This document shows, piece by piece, positions 18,395-26,666 of a DNA stretch of 64,000 bases. The notes beneath the pieces are model-generated. The model searched no databases and was not told the origin of the DNA. It saw only the letters and a program-made list of their open reading frames with translations. The translations under genes were made by a program, and so were the position numbers. Origin of the DNA: Paludibacter sp. (GTDB taxonomy: Bacteria; Bacteroidota; Bacteroidia; Bacteroidales; Paludibacteraceae); assembly GCA_047600405.1 (NCBI GenBank), contig JASGLA010000009.1:14416-78415 (forward strand), read 5' to 3'. Position 1 is the stretch's first letter. The number at the start of each line of letters is the position of its first letter.

Positions 18395-18853
18395 TTAAGC
18401 CGTAAAATCTTTAATTGTCCAGGTAGAGCGGAACGGTAATATTTTCCGGTTTGCTCCGATTGTACCTACTACATCCAGTACATAATTTTGCAAATTGGCT
18501 GCAATAAGCTGTGTCCAAATTTCCTGACCTACGGTTTCGGCATCAATGGTAAAATTTACATTGAAATTTTGCTCCCCGTGTGGTAGTATCACAAAGCGTT
18601 CGGTTTGCGAGAACTGGGCTATTTTCTGACCGTTTAAAAGAATGTCAGCTTTTATATATTGCATGTTTACCCTTACACCGCTTTTGTTCTTCAGCTTCAC
18701 CGTTACAAGTGTATCGATGTAGCTTTCGCGGATATTGGTTGGAAGCAATGAAACGATACTTACATCCAAATTCAGCAAGGCTAATACCGTGGGTATATAC
18801 CAAAGGCCTAAACCGGCACCGGCAATAAGTAATATTTTAGTGGCTTTGGTCAT
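18395..18853 (-). CDS. LEA_2/WHy-like domain protein with N-terminal TM
   Basis: N-terminal TM, then VTVKLKNKSGVRVNMQYIKADILLNGQKIA pattern typical of LEA_2. Confidence 0.65.
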   Translation of the reverse strand: MTKATKILLIAGAGLGLWYIPTVLALLNLDVSIVSLLPTNIRESYIDTLVTVKLKNKSGVRVNMQYIKADILLNGQKIAQFSQTERFVILPHGEQNFNVNFTIDAETVGQEIWTQLIAANLQNYVLDVVGTIGANRKILPFRSTWTIKDFTA

Positions 18854-19260
18854 TAAATAATAGCATTACATTTTTCAGCAAATTGGTATATTCTATCAAA
18901 TAAATTACCATTTACATTTATATCAACATTTTCATGCAAAGAGCAAATATCACCGGCTCCACCACCTCCATTTCCACGTTGGGATAAAAAGAGTTTACCA
19001 TTTTTAAATCCTGTTCTGATATAAAGTGATTTTGTAGAATTTCCAATTAATTTTTTAGCATTGATAATAATTGAATTACCTATTTTAATTGGTTCGCCAG
19101 ATGAATTTATTTTTTCTCTAAATGTGAGTATTCCTAAATTTTTATTTTTACCAATTACACCAATACCAGAAACAGCTTCTTTTTTCTTTTTAAATAGAAA
19201 AGCACCTACGGCCAAAAGTCCTACAGGAAGAAAAAAAGATATGTTTGTTTTTTTTGCCAT
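18853..19260 (-). CDS. First late gene: N-terminal TM + KKKK + VSGIG + small soluble domain
   Basis: 135-aa ORF, AT-rich 3' part. Confidence 0.65.
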   Translation of the reverse strand: MAKKTNISFFLPVGLLAVGAFLFKKKKEAVSGIGVIGKNKNLGILTFREKINSSGEPIKIGNSIIINAKKLIGNSTKSLYIRTGFKNGKLFLSQRGNGGGGAGDICSLHENVDINVNGNLFDRIYQFAEKCNAII

Positions 19261-19316
19261 ACTTTAAAAGTTAAGTTGTGAATCAGTTTTTTATAAGTTC
19301 TGTACTTTAGAGATTG

Positions 19317-19324
19317 CAAATATA
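19317..19324 (-). promoter_or_regulatory. Putative -7 promoter element of the late operon
   Basis: TATATTTG on the minus strand (TAnnTTTG) about 57 nt upstream of the 19260 ATG. Confidence 0.5.
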
Positions 19325-19388
19325 TTTCGCGCGGAATAGAGTAGTGGACATTTTGAACCTATGCGGACTTTTTTAACTTTTTAAACAT

Positions 19389-19426
19389 AAAAAAAGCCGA
19401 TACAAATTAATGTATCGGCTTTTTTT
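19389..19426. terminator. Intrinsic terminator separating early/middle from late genes
   Basis: AAAAAAGCCGATACA-loop-TGTATCGGCTTTTTT. Confidence 0.8.
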
Positions 19427-19444
19427 AAGTCCTGAATAATAAAT

Positions 19445-19669
19445 TTAGAATATCTTATCGTAATGGTTAGAGCGTAACCAATCGCCCATCTCACGTGCAA
19501 ACCGTGCTAATTCATTTGCATTAATAGGATCAAAATCTTTTAGTACGGTAAACTCCTGATCGTCATTGTAATTTTTATTTCCAAATGTACATACAAGTAA
19601 ATTGACTGTATCAGTACATACCCATTTACCAGGTTGTAGTTCCGATGGTTGTAATATAAATCGTTCCAT
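19445..19669 (-). CDS. Phage hypothetical protein
   Basis: 74-aa ORF with its own TATCTTTG element at 19696-19703 (minus strand). Confidence 0.65.
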   Translation of the reverse strand: MERFILQPSELQPGKWVCTDTVNLLVCTFGNKNYNDDQEFTVLKDFDPINANELARFAREMGDWLRSNHYDKIF

Positions 19670-19712
19670 TATTGATTTGTTATAATTAATTTGTTCAAAG
19701 ATAGTAAATCAA

Positions 19713-19976
19713 TTATAGTATTCCAAAATATTTATAAAATTCCTGCATGGTGTATATATGGTGTTTTGGTTTCGGGTTGGCATCTTTGAATAGTGCTATC
19801 ATCCGTTTGGCTTTGCTTTCGGAAATGGTGGGATAGAATGCTTGTTGTACTAATTTAATGCTGATAATAACCACCGGGGCGATGGTAGCTGTTGTAACCT
19901 GATTATCCATACACTGTATATTTAGACGTAAATAAGGTAAAATGAATTTGACACAGAGAGCAAATTGATTTGACAA
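19713..19976 (-). CDS. Small putative DNA-binding (HTH-like) protein, possible late regulator
   Basis: ISESKAKRMIALFK...YTMQEFYKYFGI; the internal ATG (MDNQ) is the likelier start. Confidence 0.5.
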   Translation of the reverse strand: MSNQFALCVKFILPYLRLNIQCMDNQVTTATIAPVVIISIKLVQQAFYPTISESKAKRMIALFKDANPKPKHHIYTMQEFYKYFGIL

Positions 19977-20201
19977 AATTAATCATAAATTTTTATTTTA
20001 CAACGTTTTATAAAAAATTTCTAAATAAAATATTCAGGTGTAAAAAACGGTGTATAAATGGCGGAAAAAAGGGGTATAGTTTATAGTGTATAGTAGGTAG
20101 TATATAGGGGGTAGTTTTTTAGTGATTAATGGTTAGTGATTAGTGGTAAATTTGGGGTGTGGAAAAATAAAAATACGAAAAAAAACAAAACCAACTTTTC
20201 T

Positions 20202-20404
20202 TGTTACATTGTTACAACATGTTACAACGTTGTTTTACAATTAGTTATAGTGTAACAAAGATGTAACAAATGTAACAAGAATGTTTTAATTGTAGAAGTA
20301 ATGTAACAAAACAACAAACGTTTTGTTACACTTTGCTACATAGCTTTATTTTTGTATATCAATTGATTATATATTCTTTTTTATTAGTTGTAACAAATGT
20401 AACA
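20202..20404. repeat. Putative replication origin with TGTWACA iterons
   Basis: 10 copies of TGTTACA/TGTAACA in an AT-rich non-coding region downstream of the replication operon. Confidence 0.6.
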
Positions 20405-20634
20405 AGAAAAACAAGTATTAGAAAAAAAATTATATATTTGAAAACTTCCCCTCCTTTACCGGCAAAAAAAATCCCGCCAAAATTTGACGGGATTTTACTT
20501 ATAGATGAAACAAATGTTACGTACGAACAAACAGCTTATAACATTACAACAATGGCAACCAAATAGGCTGCCATTGTTTTCTGGTTATAAGTCATTTGAA
20601 AGAACGCGGTTTTGAAACCGCGAAACCCGGAATA

Positions 20635-20994
20635 TTAAAACGGTAGATCGTTACCATCTCCCGGTTCGGGTGTAAATGTTTCGGAGGTTGGTTGCATGGC
20701 TTTGGATTCTAATTGTTTTATACCGCCAAGTATTGGCAATGCGTTACGCTGATCGTCGGTGAGCTTTTCCCAAACTTCTTTTTCTAAGCTGAGTTTAACG
20801 AGGTGTGTTTGTCCGTACTTTTGTTCGTGCAGTTCAAATGCTGAACAATTAAGGTACACGCCTTTTTCTCCTACGAATAGCCCACTGTCTTCGATGGGTA
20901 TTACTAAACATTGTTTTGTTGCTGTTTTGCCGGTAAGGTTTACAAGGCTTGCACCTTGTAGCTTTGTGAGGTTGATTTTAATTGATTGGTTCAT
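20635..20994 (-). CDS. SSB-like protein
   Basis: 119 aa, beta-rich, acidic C-terminal tail GDGNDLPF. Confidence 0.65.
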   Translation of the reverse strand: MNQSIKINLTKLQGASLVNLTGKTATKQCLVIPIEDSGLFVGEKGVYLNCSAFELHEQKYGQTHLVKLSLEKEVWEKLTDDQRNALPILGGIKQLESKAMQPTSETFTPEPGDGNDLPF

Positions 20995-21013
20995 TGTGGT
21001 AAGTGTTTGATTG

Positions 21014-21376
21014 TTATTTTATAAATTCAAAATCGTATTTGATTAACTTAGTAGTGTGTATGTCTATTTCTAAATAGTCATATTGCTGTTCTTCATATAT
21101 ATTCACAATAAATGGGATATTATTTATTACAAATATAATTTCTCCAGTCCAATTGAATGAAAGAATTTTTTCTCTCAATTTTTTATTTCTATTTCGAAGC
21201 ATTTCAGTTTCATCGGCCGCTGGAGTTCCTTTTTTATAGCAGGTACCAATAGATATATAAAATGGGATAAGTTGTTTAATGAGTTCGATCATTTCTTCAG
21301 GAACATCAATTTCTTTGTGTAATTCATTCAATTGAAAATGTTCTAAGTTTGGATATTCAATTTTAATTTTTTCCAT
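21014..21376 (-). CDS. Hypothetical protein (AT-rich cassette)
   Basis: 120-aa ORF with a repeated leader sequence. Confidence 0.6.
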   Translation of the reverse strand: MEKIKIEYPNLEHFQLNELHKEIDVPEEMIELIKQLIPFYISIGTCYKKGTPAADETEMLRNRNKKLREKILSFNWTGEIIFVINNIPFIVNIYEEQQYDYLEIDIHTTKLIKYDFEFIK

Positions 21377-21403
21377 TGTTGTAATTATTTGATTGTTAGT
21401 ATT

Positions 21404-22033
21404 CTAATAATTTATATCATCAAATATAACAGGAAGCAAAGTTTTCAATGAATCTAATAACGAGCACATAATTTCTCGCATTTGTGGATGTGCAGCTTTT
21501 GACGTTCTTTGTTTGAAAATAGTCCTCCATTCTCTCAAATTTGCTGTAACAACTATTTCAGTTTTTAAAGAGTTTGGTAATACCGATCTTGCTTGTTGTG
21601 GTGACCATCCTTTATTAAGCAAAGCAAAATATGATCTCTCAGCATTATTTAAAGTATTTAGATAAATACTTTCATCTTCTAAAACCTTATCTGAATTAAT
21701 CCAACATGGTGAAATAAAAGTCAATTCGTTATTAAACTTGTCTTTAGAATAATTACAATATCGTGTGCTTTCTTGTGAAAAACTTGCAAGCCTATGACGT
21801 ACAATTTCATGCGAAACTCCACGGTCGCAAATAAATAAAACGGTTATCTTTTCATGCTCAATAACTGATTCATGCCCCGATTTTATAATCATTCTTACAA
21901 ATTCTGATGCACTTTCATCCGTTATTTTGTTTTCAGATTTGTAGCATGTACGCCCGGCACGTTCAATATTTTTTAAAACTTCTAACCCATTTATGGGACT
22001 AAGGATTTGATAACCAGCATTAATAAGTTTCAT
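21404..22033 (-). CDS. thyX: FAD-dependent thymidylate synthase
   Basis: GHESVIEH, SHEIVRHRLASFSQESTRY (ThyX motif), ARSVLPNS, NLREWR. Confidence 0.95.
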   Translation of the reverse strand: MKLINAGYQILSPINGLEVLKNIERAGRTCYKSENKITDESASEFVRMIIKSGHESVIEHEKITVLFICDRGVSHEIVRHRLASFSQESTRYCNYSKDKFNNELTFISPCWINSDKVLEDESIYLNTLNNAERSYFALLNKGWSPQQARSVLPNSLKTEIVVTANLREWRTIFKQRTSKAAHPQMREIMCSLLDSLKTLLPVIFDDINY

Positions 22034-22060
22034 TGTGGTAAGTGTTTAATTGTTTATATT

Positions 22061-24349
22061 TTAAAATGGTAAATCTGTTTGTTCTGTTTGTTCTTTAGCC
22101 GGAATGCCTTCCGGCTCTACGGAGATGGTAAATCCTATTTTTGTCATTTCGTCGGGTGTCAGGAAATTTTCAATTTTGAAAATGTAAGGCCGTCCGGGGG
22201 CTTGTGGGTCATCGTGCCGGATAATTTTTGTGTCATCCATCGGGTCGGTAGTCCATCGCGGTATTTTGTAGCGCATCACTTTATCGGCTTTCTCTACTTT
22301 CATGTTGTCTGTGAGTATCCGGGTGATGTAGCTATCTTCGTATTTATTTTTTACCGTGCGTTCTTTCAGCATGTCGATAGTCATTTTTATTTCGGCCACT
22401 CCAAACTCCATAAACATATTGTGTATGAAACTGGTAATTTCTTTTTCGGCTGTGCTTTTACTTGCCAGGCGTAAGCGTTTCAGGGCTTCGGTTTCTAGCA
22501 ATGCAGGATCGAACCAGGCGCGCCCCGTTTTTGGTACGGATATTTTCCGGTTGTTGAGCATGAAAAGAAACGCCGGTACTTCTTCGTGCAGGATAGTGAG
22601 CATGTCCGGGATTTCTTTTTGTATGCGTGGTACCTTTCGCACCCAGTACCGTACATCTTCATCGGAGGCGTAAATAAAATTGTCCTCGTTGTTTGATACT
22701 AAAATGTACTTTGCAAAGTGCCACATCTCCTCATGATCCACGCCTTTGCGCTGCATAGCAATTCTATTTGACGTGGATAGCATTTTAATTTTCTCGATCG
22801 TGGTTTTCTTTTCGAGAAACGTTTCGTCGACACCCACCACCAACCGAGTAGCCGTGAAGCTATTGAACTCGTTGGATAATTCGGCATTACCCACCTTACA
22901 AGCATTTTCGCCAAAAATCAGCTTCAGAAAATCGAGAAATGTAGTTTTACCGGTTTTGTTTTCTTTGGATACCAGGCAGAGAATAGGGAGTATTTGCGTA
23001 GGGTACTGATACAGGATTTGTATGTAGTCTAACCCATATTCGTAATGTTCGCCAAAAATATGCTTTAGAAAAAATTCGGTAGTACTCCAATCGCCCTCTT
23101 TAGCTTCGTGGGTAAAAGGTGCATACTTATTGTAACAGTTATCAATTACCTGCTGAAAATTGGTGTGTGATGGCATATTGGTGAAAGCCTTGTATTTGGG
23201 TATGCTATCAAAGATTTCTTTTCCAAAATCATCCTTAATAGTCGATTTGGCACGTTTATACAGCTTTGTTTCGGTGTCCTCGTAAATGGTTGGGAGTTCT
23301 ACCAGTTCGTAGTAATCATCGCCCACGCGCATAAAGTTTTTTGCCTCTTTAGGTACGGTTTTAATCAGTTTCTTTTCTGATTCGCTGTACTTATACCGTG
23401 TACCGAAATAATTAAACTCCCGATCTTTGATATAGTCCGCCCATGCTTCGTAGAAGTTTTCGGCACTTTTCAGGTTGAAATAGCCCTGTAGTTTCTTCAG
23501 GTAGCTGGACACGTTGAGCCGGTAAAACAGGTTTCCGGGTATTCCCAATTGCATCAGGTCGGTTAATACGATATCCTCTTTGCCTTTTAGCTCAATAAGC
23601 AAATCATCAAGCCCTTTCGGCTTGTTTTGGATATCATCCGATTTGATGTGTGAGAAATAAATGGTTACATCAAAGTCTGTTAGTATTTCCCTGATTTTAA
23701 GCATGGAAGACAGGAATAGGTTTGGCCGTCGGGCAATGTCGTTACCGGCTTGCAAATCTTTCGTACTGATATTCAGGCAATCGCCATCATACAGCATTAC
23801 CACGTTTTTTACCTTGCATTTCAAAATAATCTTTGCAATGTCCGGGTGTATCTGCTTTGTCTTTTTATCGGCATAGTGGTGAATGCTTGATAGGCCTACA
23901 ATATCCCAACCGTGTACAGCAGCTTTAAAGGCTTTGAAATACCCCTCAGTCATCACAAGGGTTTTGATTTCCTCACCGGCTTCGTACTTATCAAGCAGTG
24001 CCGGCGGGATAAACGGGAACGTGCCAACGCCTTTAGGAATCCGGTATTTCATATCCGGGTCTTTGGGTTCTTTCAGGCGGGTGATTTTGAAATGTTGCTC
24101 CCGGTTATTATTGATATTCGCGTGCAGCGGATCGGCACTGATATGGTCGTATCTGATTAATTTACGGTCGATCGTGTAAACCAATATGTCGATATTATCA
24201 TCTTTGTCGGATGAAAAGATCGGCATTTCAATAGTGCGTTCGCTATCGTACTGATCGAGTGTGATAACCTTTACTTTGTTTTGTTCGGGAGTGATACCCA
24301 TCGTTTCGTAAATGCGGGTTTGTAGGTAGGATGGTGTGTTATCGCTCAT
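22061..24349 (-). CDS. Toprim primase - SF3 helicase fusion (DUF3854/DUF5906-like)
   Basis: TEGYFKA, YDGD, KGLDD Toprim motifs; Walker A SKENKTGKTT, Walker B VGVDE; ends in DLPF. Confidence 0.85.
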   Translation of the reverse strand: MSDNTPSYLQTRIYETMGITPEQNKVKVITLDQYDSERTIEMPIFSSDKDDNIDILVYTIDRKLIRYDHISADPLHANINNNREQHFKITRLKEPKDPDMKYRIPKGVGTFPFIPPALLDKYEAGEEIKTLVMTEGYFKAFKAAVHGWDIVGLSSIHHYADKKTKQIHPDIAKIILKCKVKNVVMLYDGDCLNISTKDLQAGNDIARRPNLFLSSMLKIREILTDFDVTIYFSHIKSDDIQNKPKGLDDLLIELKGKEDIVLTDLMQLGIPGNLFYRLNVSSYLKKLQGYFNLKSAENFYEAWADYIKDREFNYFGTRYKYSESEKKLIKTVPKEAKNFMRVGDDYYELVELPTIYEDTETKLYKRAKSTIKDDFGKEIFDSIPKYKAFTNMPSHTNFQQVIDNCYNKYAPFTHEAKEGDWSTTEFFLKHIFGEHYEYGLDYIQILYQYPTQILPILCLVSKENKTGKTTFLDFLKLIFGENACKVGNAELSNEFNSFTATRLVVGVDETFLEKKTTIEKIKMLSTSNRIAMQRKGVDHEEMWHFAKYILVSNNEDNFIYASDEDVRYWVRKVPRIQKEIPDMLTILHEEVPAFLFMLNNRKISVPKTGRAWFDPALLETEALKRLRLASKSTAEKEITSFIHNMFMEFGVAEIKMTIDMLKERTVKNKYEDSYITRILTDNMKVEKADKVMRYKIPRWTTDPMDDTKIIRHDDPQAPGRPYIFKIENFLTPDEMTKIGFTISVEPEGIPAKEQTEQTDLPF

Positions 24350-24537
24350 TGTGTGATTTCAGTAACAAAATGTTTTACTACAGAATAATTTAAAACTACA
24401 GTTTTGTTTTTGCTCAAATTGGTAGTAAGAAAGGCGTAACCGCTTATTTGCTCAAAGTCGTATTGCAATATTTCAGTGGGATAACCCGGTAATGCAAGTT
24501 GATAGTTTGCGCCTTTCTTTAGGTTAGCGGGTTTCAT
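24346..24537 (-). CDS. Phage hypothetical protein
   Basis: 63 aa, 4-bp overlaps with both neighbours. Confidence 0.6.
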   Translation of the reverse strand: MKPANLKKGANYQLALPGYPTEILQYDFEQISGYAFLTTNLSKNKTVVLNYSVVKHFVTEITQ

Positions 24538-25001
24538 GGCTTTACATTTTCGAAAAAAATTAGCTTCCCTCTAAAGTCTGTATTAAACCAATTTTTCATT
24601 TCTTCCCAGTTATCAAAACCATCGGATTTTGCTATTCTATTTAGGTTATCTAAACTTTTGATAGTTGTTCCTAATATTGGGAAATGTATTTTATTTTCAT
24701 TTGGTAAAATTTGTATAGTCAAAGTGTCTCGTACAGTACCTGTCGCAAATTGATAAGGATTATTTTTTACATTGCGCGGGTTGCCTTTCCAAAAATGAAT
24801 TTTAGTTCCGGCTTTCCATCTGTTTGTTTTATCTTCACGGATAGTGTGTATTTTATCACCGGATAAAATGCGATCAACAAATTGTTGTTTACTGAATGTT
24901 AGTAGCATAATTATTTGATTATTTGATCGTGATTGAATAGGGTTACTAAATGTTTGCTGATATGCTTTATTTTCCATTGTCCGGGTAGTTTGTGAATACA
25001 C
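24534..25001 (-). CDS. ASCH/PUA-like domain protein
   Basis: FVDRILSGDKIHTIR...AKSDGFDNWEEMKNWF; the real start is probably the internal MLLTF. Confidence 0.7.
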   Translation of the reverse strand: MYSQTTRTMENKAYQQTFSNPIQSRSNNQIIMLLTFSKQQFVDRILSGDKIHTIREDKTNRWKAGTKIHFWKGNPRNVKNNPYQFATGTVRDTLTIQILPNENKIHFPILGTTIKSLDNLNRIAKSDGFDNWEEMKNWFNTDFRGKLIFFENVKP

Positions 25002-25116
25002 TGTTTATTTGTTCCCCACGGTGGCGCGTTGTAGGTTAGCGTTGTTTCTGTGGTGTCGGTGTTTTGTTGCTTTTCAATGTTTGTTGCACCTGGTAGCAGC
25101 TTTACGGTTTTTGTGT

Positions 25117-25420
25117 TCATTGTATCGGGTTTTTATCGAGTGTAGAGAAATAAGTATTAAATTCTTTTTCAATTCCGGCAATCATTGTTTTTTCGTCGGA
25201 AACGCCAGTGAGAGAGAAAAACAGATAACCTCGTGTGTCTATGCTTATTATTAAGCCTATACCTTGTATTGACTGCATGTAAACCCGTGCAAAGTTTAAG
25301 TGTTTAACCACATCGAAGTTTATCCGCATTTTCAAAAACTTATATCCAAACAGGCTGCGAAACTCGTATGTGATCGTTTCGCCCAGTGGTGCGGTGTTAC
25401 AGTAAATTGTTTTGCTCATA
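25117..25420 (-). CDS. Phage hypothetical protein
   Basis: Start at MSKTIY (ATG 25420) just after the Cro-like stop; the longer ORF-track start overlaps the Cro-like gene. Confidence 0.55.
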
Positions 25421-25423
25421 GCT

Positions 25424-25651
25424 TTAGTCTTCAAAAATGTTTTTACCTGCAATTCTGTTGATAATAGGTTTAGCCAGTGCCGGCACTTTAGAGTTTCCAT
25501 TTTTCCAATGCCGGAAAACTTGCTTTGATATTTTACAGTCTTCAATAATCCGTTCCCGGATGTTGTCATACTCACCTACCGGAATAGTCTGAACCCATTC
25601 GCCAAAGGGGTTGCGTTCCGGTTTGTCCTGTTGTTCTGCTAGTTTGCTCAT
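25424..25651 (-). CDS. Cro-like HTH regulator
   Basis: 75 aa, CKISKQVFRHWKNGNSKVP HTH; first gene of the leftward early operon. Confidence 0.7.
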   Translation of the reverse strand: MSKLAEQQDKPERNPFGEWVQTIPVGEYDNIRERIIEDCKISKQVFRHWKNGNSKVPALAKPIINRIAGKNIFED

Positions 25652-25810
25652 GCTTTTTTGAGTTTGGTTTAATTGTTGTTTGAATCAAATTTGTATCTTT
25701 GTTCAGGTTTGAACAATGCAAAGTAAAGTATATTTGATTTATAAACAAAATATATTTTGCTTTAAAAATGTAATTTATTTTCAATTATAAATAACAAACC
25801 TCATATTATA

Positions 25811-26191
25811 ATGAACTACAACGAATTAAAACAAATTGCGGACTCAAAAAAAATTGAGGTTCGCGAAATTGCGAACGAACTGGAAATGACATCTAATGGA
25901 TTTCGTGAGAGTATTAAAAATGAAACGATACAGCTTAAAAAGCTGCGTAAATTATGTGAGCTGTTACATATTCATCCCACTGTATTTTTTGACGTACAGA
26001 AAGGGGTTTACTTGAATAATGTACATGCTCAGGTAGGGAATAATAATAAAATCGTGATTGAAAATAAAGATCGTGAAATAGCGGAACTGAGAGAAAGGTT
26101 GAATGACAAGGATGAAATAATAAAAATGCTTAGGGAGAAACTTGATTTGGGAATCGCAGCTACACCAAAGAATACTTATAATAAAAAATAA
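25811..26191 (+). CDS. CI-like XRE repressor with C-terminal coiled coil
   Basis: VREIANELEMTSNGF HTH, LRKLCELLHIHPTVFF; divergent from the Cro-like gene. Confidence 0.75.
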   Translation: MNYNELKQIADSKKIEVREIANELEMTSNGFRESIKNETIQLKKLRKLCELLHIHPTVFFDVQKGVYLNNVHAQVGNNNKIVIENKDREIAELRERLNDKDEIIKMLREKLDLGIAATPKNTYNKK

Positions 26192-26215
26192 TTATCCACG
26201 TAAAAACAAATTGTT

Positions 26216-26524
26216 ATGAAAAAACTAATTTTAACGCTTTTCTCAGTTTTAATATTTACAGGGTGTGCTAAATCATTACTCCCATGCGAAGAAAATAATA
26301 CGTTTTCAATGGAGTTCACAAATGGAACTGATGATCCATATAATTTATATATCAATGATGAATTTCAGGAAGTAGTAGCAGCAAAAACAAAAATTACATA
26401 CAATATACCGGCTGGTTTTTGGAATGCCAAAGTAGTACAAAAATCGGGTTATGTTTTTACTCCAACAGTGAAAACATATAGCAATACATACGAAGCATGT
26501 ACGAAGTACTATATTGTTTTCTAG
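26216..26524 (+). CDS. Lipoprotein co-oriented with the repressor (lysogenic conversion or superinfection-exclusion candidate)
   Basis: MKKLILTLFSVLIFTG-C lipobox. Confidence 0.65.
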   Translation: MKKLILTLFSVLIFTGCAKSLLPCEENNTFSMEFTNGTDDPYNLYINDEFQEVVAAKTKITYNIPAGFWNAKVVQKSGYVFTPTVKTYSNTYEACTKYYIVF

Positions 26525-26572
26525 GGATAAAGCGGATTGCATAAAGTTCAAATAATTAGATTATTACGAACT

Positions 26573-26594
26573 AAAAACGCAACGGAAACGCAAC
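26573..26594 (+). repeat. Putative integrase arm-type sites (right)
   Basis: AAAAACGCAAC GGAAACGCAAC, similar to 4291-4312. Confidence 0.5.
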
Positions 26595-26666
26595 AAAAAG
26601 CCGTAAAAATAGAAAAATGTATTATTGATAATCAATCAGTTACCGTTTAAAAATGATTAATTTAAT

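Noticed and set aside
20333-20566. 77-aa plus-strand ORF in the origin region
   Set aside because: Runs through iterons and hairpins, opposite to the operon direction, with a weak TTG start
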